DNA of 64,000 bases from Lama glama (Eukaryota), in NCBI GenBank assembly GCA_028534125.1, contig CM052817.1:108998001-109062000 (forward strand), written 5' to 3'. Shown piece by piece: positions 56,045 to 64,000 of this stretch; position 1 is the stretch's first letter, and every line of letters begins with the position of its first letter. The position numbers and the translations under genes are program-made. Under the pieces are notes generated by a model. That model saw nothing but the letters and a program-made list of their open reading frames with translations. It searched no databases and was not told the origin of the DNA.

Positions 56045-56544
56045 NNNNNNNNNNNNNNNNNNNNNNNNNNNNNNNNNNNNNNNNNNNNNNNNNNNNNNNN
56101 NNNNNNNNNNNNNNNNNNNNNNNNNNNNNNNNNNNNNNNNNNNNNNNNNNNNNNNNNNNNNNNNNNNNNNNNNNNNNNNNNNNNNNNNNNNNNNNNNNNN
56201 NNNNNNNNNNNNNNNNNNNNNNNNNNNNNNNNNNNNNNNNNNNNNNNNNNNNNNNNNNNNNNNNNNNNNNNNNNNNNNNNNNNNNNNNNNNNNNNNNNNN
56301 NNNNNNNNNNNNNNNNNNNNNNNNNNNNNNNNNNNNNNNNNNNNNNNNNNNNNNNNNNNNNNNNNNNNNNNNNNNNNNNNNNNNNNNNNNNNNNNNNNNN
56401 NNNNNNNNNNNNNNNNNNNNNNNNNNNNNNNNNNNNNNNNNNNNNNNNNNNNNNNNNNNNNNNNNNNNNNNNNNNNNNNNNNNNNNNNNNNNNNNNNNNN
56501 NNNNNNNNNNNNNNNNNNNNNNNNNNNNNNNNNNNNNNNNNNNN
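56045..56544. other. Assembly gap (500 N) in ASIC5 intron 2
   Basis: Run of exactly 500 N. Confidence 0.98.
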
Positions 56545-57689
56545 GCACAAATTCTATGTATTATTTCCTGCATAGAACAGTATCTTGTCTCCTCAAATAC
56601 AGTTCATTGATCAGGTCTAATTTATACAGTTAGTCATAAAGAATGTCTTTTACTATTATGCAAATATTCATTTATTAAAGAATAGTTCTGCAATGCCTTC
56701 TGTGTGAGCTCTACTGTCTTAGGGGCTGGGAATTCCATGGTGAAAAAAAAAACAAGACAGTGCTTTTTTCTTTTTTATATATAAATTAATATATATAGAT
56801 ATACACTTGATACAGACACAGACAAGATACCTATGAAGAGATACATATCCACAATGGATTTTATTGAGTCCCCAAAGCTACAATGTAAAGTTACTTAACA
56901 GTGAGTTAGTCATGAGTAAATCTGTGGGTATTGTGCAGAGAAAATCAGAAGCCTTTGTTCCTAGTGGACCTCAGCATTCCTCTATGCCATTTTTATTTCC
57001 CAGACAATTCTGAGGTGGAGAAGCCCCCTGGGTCATGTCCAGTATCTTCAGCAGGATCAAAATGCAAAGCCAGTAGACATTGGTGAATATATACTCGATA
57101 ATTTCTATGATCGTAATCACACTGGCCCCACAAAATAGGCCCAGCTGGCCACCAACATCTGCTGTAATAAAGCCAATAAAGAAAGTGAATAAATCATGTT
57201 TTTTCCTAAAAAGGAAATTAAATGTTATTAGATTTTAAACTGTAAGCTAATGAGTTAGTAACAATGGGTATTATACGAATATGAGTTAATGGTATTATTT
57301 TAAGTTTGGTGTAACGGTGTGACAGCAATTAATACCTTAAATATCTTAAAATAATATTCACATAAATTATCTCAAAAAATGAGAGGCAAAAAACGTAACA
57401 TTTATTTTCAAAAATGTACCTCAAAGACTTTGGGGGATATTAAAGCTAGGCAAAATCATAAAACATCCTATAAATTCATTTCTAAGTGTTGCATGTAGAT
57501 CAGAAATTGTACAACAGGATGGCATTATTAAGTAATTATGTTTTCCACAAACGAATTTCCAAGCAATTTGTGGCTTCAGGTGTCCAAACCGTATCTTTTT
57601 TAAGCATTTGCAATATTTCATTAAACTAAAATATAGCACTGCCTTTTTTATAAAGAAGTTTTAAAAATCTACATGCCTTTATTGTTTGC

Positions 57690-57925
57690 GCCTTTTTGTG
57701 GTAAAATGTACATAACATAACATTTCCCATTTTCACCAATTTTAAGCATGCCGTTCTGCGGCATTAAGTACATTACGTTGTTGTGCAACTGTCACCACCA
57801 CCTCCCGTGCCCAGAACTTTCTCATCTTCCCAAACTGAAACTCTGTCCCCATCAAACACTAACCCTTTACTGCCCCCTCCCCTTGCAACCTCTATCCTAC
57901 TTTTTGTCTCTATCAATTTGACTCC
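57690..57925 (-). mobile_element. L1MB-type 3' end, antisense
   Basis: gtggtaaaatgtacataacat...gcattaagtacatt...gtgcaac...ccagaactttctcatcttcccaaactgaaactctgtccccatcaaaca. Confidence 0.75.
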
Positions 57926-59906
57926 TGAATCACTCGCTCTGTAGATAGATAATGTTATTAATCCTTTTCTCCCCACCCAAGGCCATTCTTAGGACGATGC
58001 TATTTTTGTAACTCATGGCAACGGAGTTCAGGCTTCTGCAAGAACTTTGAGGAATGTGTATGTTTCCTCCCTGATCAAGGGCTCAGCTGCCAGCGTATGA
58101 TGGCGGTCAAGTTGCCTGACTGTGGTACCCGCTCCTGTCTCCAACATGCCCTGCTCTAAGATGCAGTCAGAACTGGGAAATCGGCGATGACGTTTGCTAA
58201 GGACCGAGTGATGGAGGAGCGCTAGCAGGTAGTGGTCCCATCGCCAGTGCCAGATTTTGCTTGCCTGGGCTCTTTCAACCCATGGGTGGAGCTCTGGGTG
58301 GAGTCTGAGAAACCGACGCCAGAACTTCGACCCAGAAAGTGCAACATGCGACAATAGTCCCTTGCCGGGCGGTGTCGGAGGGGAGGCGGAATGCTAAGTG
58401 TGAGTATGACGGACACAGCCTATTCTCTGTGGGTGCTTCTGCGAGTTTGCTGGAGGGTGCCCAGGGAGCGGAAAAGTGTCAGATTTAAATGGCAGGCGGA
58501 TGACAATCTCTACTGATTCTTTTCCTCCACTGATAAGCTAAACCTTACAGATGAAAATAAAAAATCTGATAGAATATTTTTTAAATTGTGGAACGACTTA
58601 CCAAGTAGCTCAGACACACTGACTGCTTTCTGCTGTTGGGTAATCTTATAGTTTAAGTCACCATAGTTTATTTCAACGTTCACAAGATTCTCCCTGGGGG
58701 TAAAAACAGAGTTAATCTAGCTCAAGATTGTCCGCACTCCTTTCAATTCCTCTTTGGCAAAAGTAGCATTTATTTTTGGTTCAGATGCTGTTTAACATCA
58801 GATTTGAGAAACATCCTTGTATTCAGTACTAATCACAAGAGCTTCGTTTGGAAGCCGTTGGTGTTATGTTGGCATTTAGGGAAAAGAATTTTTCCTCTGA
58901 GCCAATCATTTTTCTATGCCTCATTCCTGAGAAATTGGAAAAAGACATTAAATGTAAATATCTCCTGAGTATATTAGAATATTTACAAGCATCTGAGTGT
59001 GTGTGTCTAATTTTAATTCAAATCTTGGTCTTGTCCCGTGTTACTTCTGTGACTCCTGCAGAAACCAGGGGGATCTCCTGGGTATCAGCTGTCTCATCTG
59101 TAGTCAGGATTTTAGAGCTGTGGCAAGACGAAATTAAATAATATATGAAAAGAACTGGCATAGTGCCTGGCAAATATTGAGTGTTCAATAAATGGTAGTC
59201 ATTTATCTCAAATCATTACTATACTACTTAGGGCAGAGTCTGCTTTCTTACTGTGACCAGAAGAGCTAACCACTGTTTTAAAATGATAACTCTCTATGCC
59301 ATCTCATGCACCCTCACAGGAGCCCAGAGTTCCACCTTGAACTTCACTGATAACAGCCAACCCATCCATCAGTAAATATTTGCTTCACCTTCAAAATATA
59401 CCAGAATCCAAGCTCCTCTCACCCCACCCACCGCTACCACCTTTGCCTAAGCTTCCGTCACCTCTCACTGGATTCCGCAGTAGCTTTCCAGTTGGTCTTC
59501 CTGCTTCTGACTTTAAGGTAATCCACCCCACAGATACACACCCTTTGTTCTTCACACAAAAACCAAAATAATACTCATACAACTTGCAAATCACCTTACT
59601 CACCTGCTCAAAACTCCCCAGAGACTTCCCATTATTTGCCAGTGAAACCCCTCCATGGCCCTTATGGGGTTTCCATCAGCCACCACCTCTTCCCAGTGAC
59701 TCACACCCAGGCAGTCTTGGCCATCACTTCCTCTGCCTCCTGACACACCAACTTCATCCTCAATGAAGAAGGCAGAATGGCAGCTTCAGTGCTCCTCTAG
59801 CCACGCATGGGGCGTGCTGTTGGCCTACGATCTCCCTCTGCGTTTGGTTTTCCCTCCTTCTGAAATGTTCTTTCCTCGTGGAGTAGTGAGGCCCCCTTTA
59901 GGGAAG

Positions 59907-61350
59907 CAGTGTTCACAGTGTGGTCGCAGGACCCTAGGGGCCCCATCATCCTTTCTGGAGGGTCACAGGGTCAACGTCATTCTCATAAAATACTAACACG
60001 TTATTTGAGATTTTCACTAGGCTTGTCATTTCACGGAAACTGCAGGAGCCACTTGTTAGACGGAACAGCCTTTCCACAAGAATGAATGAATGACAAACTG
60101 TGGTTATTCAGACTGGGGTATCTGGCAGACATTTGCAGCAAAAATGAGCAAAACAGCTCTGTGGCATTGAGGAAAACAACAGATAATACTTGTAGTCAAT
60201 GACAAATGTCAAGCTTTGATTTTACACTGCATTTAGAATTTTGGAAAATTTGTGTTTGCTATAATGAACTCAGCTCCCCACTTTTTAAGGGCTTTTATGA
60301 TAGGGTAAGTAATATTATTAAAATGAAGTGTATATTATATAACAAAGTGGACTGATATTTGGAAAATGTGCCGTAGCTCAGAGAATTTTTCGAATGGCCA
60401 ATAAATGATGCTCTGCACCACATGTTCGAAGTGCAAGATCAATCAATACAAATACAGTCGCGTCTGAACAGTTCACTGATAGGCTTTGACATTCCAGGGC
60501 GGACAGCTTGCAAGTGCCCCCCTTCCCTCTCCTCGTCCCCCAAAGAGTTTGGCTGATAAGAAAGCCCAGAGTTTCTCCTTTGATACTCGCGAAGATTCCA
60601 ACCACACGAACACTGGTCCTCATCCGGGACCACTCACCCAAGCCCTGCCTTATAACCACATGGAAAGGCAAAGCCATCGTCTCTTCCTCTCAAATCCACA
60701 GAGGTTCTACTTGGGAGCGTGCCCTACTCTTCCCAGAAAGTGTCATTACGGGAGCAATAAATAAAATTTTCATATCCTCTTGATGCACCTTTGGCATCAT
60801 AAATCTCACTAGTCTAATCAAATTTTGAGTGGAGAGTTGGTCCCAGTCCCCGTGGGACAGCTGTAAGAAACAAACTGCATTGAACACTGAAGGGAGCACA
60901 CTCAAGGTTGGATGTGTCATCGAGGAAAAAAATCAGTTATCCGTAAAGGCTATTAAAACATACCTCCCCTTTCCAGCTACACATCTGTTTGACACAAGCA
61001 ACTGTTCTCCAACCAAGTAACATAAACCAACAGGTTAAATGCACAAATGAGAATCCAGCTTGCTTCTACTAATTGAGCCAGACTCTGAAGCAGTCTTCTG
61101 AACCAATACCCCTTCTCTTCCAACATGGATTTTGCCTCGGAAAATGTTACTGTTTGTAAAAAGCTTTCACTTATGCTACCATGCAGTACACGTGCTATTG
61201 CTGTTTTCAGTGAATTAGTCAAGAAAAGAATTTCACAGCTTAAATTTCGAAAATGGCAGTTACTGCCACTTACGTCTCACACGAAGGAAAGCTCAGTTGG
61301 ACTCAGTGATTTTTTTAAGAGTACAAAGTGACCTTGAAGCTAAAAAGCGT
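59907..61350 (+). mobile_element. Charlie1-like hAT DNA transposon remnant with a nested ERVL LTR fragment (about 60450-60835)
   Basis: Starts cagtgttcacagtgtggtc; tgtggttattcagactggggtatctggcagacatt; aatgagaatccagct. The nested segment ending ccagaaagtgtcattacgggagcaataaa...ggcatcat resembles MER54/MER74. Confidence 0.65.
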
Positions 61351-63255
61351 GCGAGTATAAATACAGTTGAGTCTGAACAATTCACTGACGTGTTTTGGCG
61401 TTCCAGGGCTGACAGCTTTCAAATGCCACCTTTCCCTCTCCTCATCCCCGAAGAGTTAGGCCGATAAGAAAGCCCAGGGCTTCCCCCTCAGGCACCTGGT
61501 TTAGGTCTTTGCTCGGCTGTCACCTCCCAGGAAGACCTCGCTCGATCAAGCTCCTTGGTGCCAAGGACCACCTCCGCCCTCTGCGTGACCCGCCTGTACA
61601 CGCTCACCGTCCATCCTCACCCCGGGGGGAATTGTACCAGGGCAGGGCTTGTGTTTTACGCTGATGTGTCTCTAGCTTTGAGAACACCCTGGAGCCCTGA
61701 CACACAGTAGGCCCTCCCTGCATATTTGTAAAATGGACAAGTAAGGGAACATGTTGAAGATGAAACCAATGAATCAATAAATATTAATCTGTCTTATAAG
61801 CCGAGGTGGAAACCAACCAGCTGATGACTTTCAGTGGCAACAATAATTATCATTACAAATAGATCCTATTAGCAAAGTTTCCTGGAATTAGGTGGTGTCA
61901 AAATACATCTCAGAAGCATGGCTGCAAATCACTGTCTTGATTATTTACCATTTCAGAAATCAATATCCGCAAATAGAATTAATTCAGAATATATCATTAA
62001 TGTGTTTACTTAATTTCCATTGGTTTAACCCTGGGCAACAGGAGAATGTCCTGTCTTTAAGTAGATAATTGGGGGGTATTGTAATATTTGCAAATAATAA
62101 AACAGTTTGCCAAAGTGGAAGAACTAATAAAGTTGTCTTAGGAGCCCAGAAATTTTAGTAATATTGCGATCTTTTTGTTCTCCGCTGTGCTCCTAATTTG
62201 CATGTAAACTGATAATTCTGTTTGATTTCCCTAGCACAAAACTTGTAGCCATTTCCAAGCATTAGTCATTTGTGTTTTTGAGAGAAGAGAATTTCATTCT
62301 CTACAAAAACACTGTGACGTGTATTTTCTCAGGCAGGTTACTTGTCCAATCTACACCTCATGGTGATAGTGAAACTGTTCAGGGTTTTAGTCCAAGAATA
62401 TTTGTTTATGTCAGGAGAGGCACAATTATGAAATAAATCTGGATTTTAATAAGGATGAGAAAATCAAAGAAAAATAGTTCACTGCATTTACAAAACAAAA
62501 ATACTTCTGGGTGCTTGAGTGTAAGTGCTGTATTTAGGGGAATAAATTTGTTTTGCATAAAGTAAATAATTTTATACAAATTTTACCTAAAAATGTGTTA
62601 AATTAAGGCCAAAATTTTTTAAATTCATTTGTTTTGCTAATGAAATTGACCTAAATTCAGCCACAACTGACCATTCCATTCACTCCCACGTGGCCTGCTT
62701 CCGTCAGGCTAAATTCTTATCTTCGTCTTAATGGAATTCAGTCACCGCTGTGTGGGGCTCCAGACTGGTCCTGGTCTGGTGTTGCTTTGTTTCAAATGTT
62801 CGCAATGCTAAGGTTTTATATCTGCTTTCCTGACAAACTAATTGTATTTTCTGATTTACCATTCTTTGATTTCTGGTCCCCGTGTACAAACTGGTGTTTT
62901 AATTTACATGTGATTTCTAACCACCGGCTCTGACTAGGATCTGGTCACCCTTGAGTCCAGCTGCGCCGATCAACCACCTGCCTAGTGGCTTCTCCTATCC
63001 CAACCATGTATGGGCCACACATGTCAGTTACATGATGAGATTAACCAGATAACTACTTACAATAAAAGTTTTAGGAAAAAAAAACTATGTTCTCTAGGAC
63101 CATCTTGTTCACAATGGATTTCTTTTCTGATTCACCAAAACGTCTCCAACATCACGCCTACATTCTCTGCATGCTGAGTATGAAACTCAGGGGCTCTCTC
63201 AGCCAAAAATCACACAACGTGCTCTTCTCAGTCACAGTTAAATAAGGAGTCATAC

Positions 63256-63756
63256 TGTAATAGAGGAGAAGAAACCTGACTATATGGGATCTGTTCCTTT
63301 AGCTTTAACCACTGTGCCCTGCTTCCTAGGCTTAGCTCTGCGCCTTCTGTGAAACAGTGTTGCCTTTAGCCTGAAACGTCCAGGAGAGCCTATTCTCAGG
63401 GCTCTGAGCTTTAAGGGTGTTAGGTCTTAAGCACTTATGTAGCAATGGCAAGTTGCGAAATAGAATAACCTCTGTTTTGTTGGAAGTTTACAGGGACATC
63501 ATGATCTGGCCCACATGGAGGGCTGCAAGAACAAAGAATGCCTGCAGCAAGAAGTTTGCACAACCAACCACTTGTATTTTTGTATAGAAGGAGCCCATAT
63601 TCTGACTGGAGCAGGATGGTTCTCCAAGACATTAGTCTGCCATCCTGCCAGTCTGTAAGCTTTCCGAATAAAGTCACTATTCCTTGCCCCGACACCTCGT
63701 CTCCTGATTTATTGGCCTGTCGTGCGGCGAGCAGAACGACTTTGGACTTGGCAACA
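63256..63756 (+). mobile_element. ERV1 solo LTR (MER41-like) with 4-bp TSD
   Basis: TGTAA...CAACA termini; TSD ATAC at 63252-63255 and 63757-63760; internal AATAAA at about 63667. Confidence 0.85.
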
Positions 63757-64000
63757 ATACTTGAAGTACACCAGTTTCCATATTAAAGTGAAATACAAAT
63801 AGATATCTGTACTGGAGATCAAAGTGTTAACAAAGATATAATTGTGATTTTTCTACTTTCCATCTTTTTATCTGCTAAGTGTTTGAAATGATACCTTAGC
63901 AACCTTGTCTTGATGAAAATACTTTTTCTTCCTGATTTGAAAGAATGCTTTACTGTCTAGGCATTTACCCAGGAGAGCGTTTTTAGTTTGTTTGTTTGTC

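Overview
Mammalian genomic DNA, probably camelid given two tRNA-Ala-derived Vic-1-like SINEs, carrying the conserved CTSO-TDO2-ASIC5 gene block. CTSO (cathepsin O) lies on + and its last six coding exons are present (569-11153), with an intact Cys/His/Asn catalytic triad and stop. TDO2 (tryptophan 2,3-dioxygenase) lies on - and converges on CTSO. Ten of its 12 coding exons are visible (ATG at 29282, stop at 15863); the two missing exons most likely fall in the 500-N gap at 18482-18981. ASIC5 (bile acid-sensitive ENaC/DEG channel) lies on +, diverges from TDO2, and shows coding exons 1-2 (50533-53125). The rest is intronic or intergenic and rich in repeats: L1 3' ends, L2, MIR, ERV1/ERVL/MaLR LTRs, hAT DNA transposons and microsatellites. 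Exon numbering and repeat family names come from recall and were not searched. I see no novel multi-gene system. The most notable features are a CpG/GC-shifted CTSO catalytic exon, a long inverted repeat in CTSO intron 7, a SINE that places a cryptic donor beside TDO2 exon 6, a twin-primed inverted L1, and a solo ERV1 LTR with a GAS-like motif in ASIC5 intron 2.
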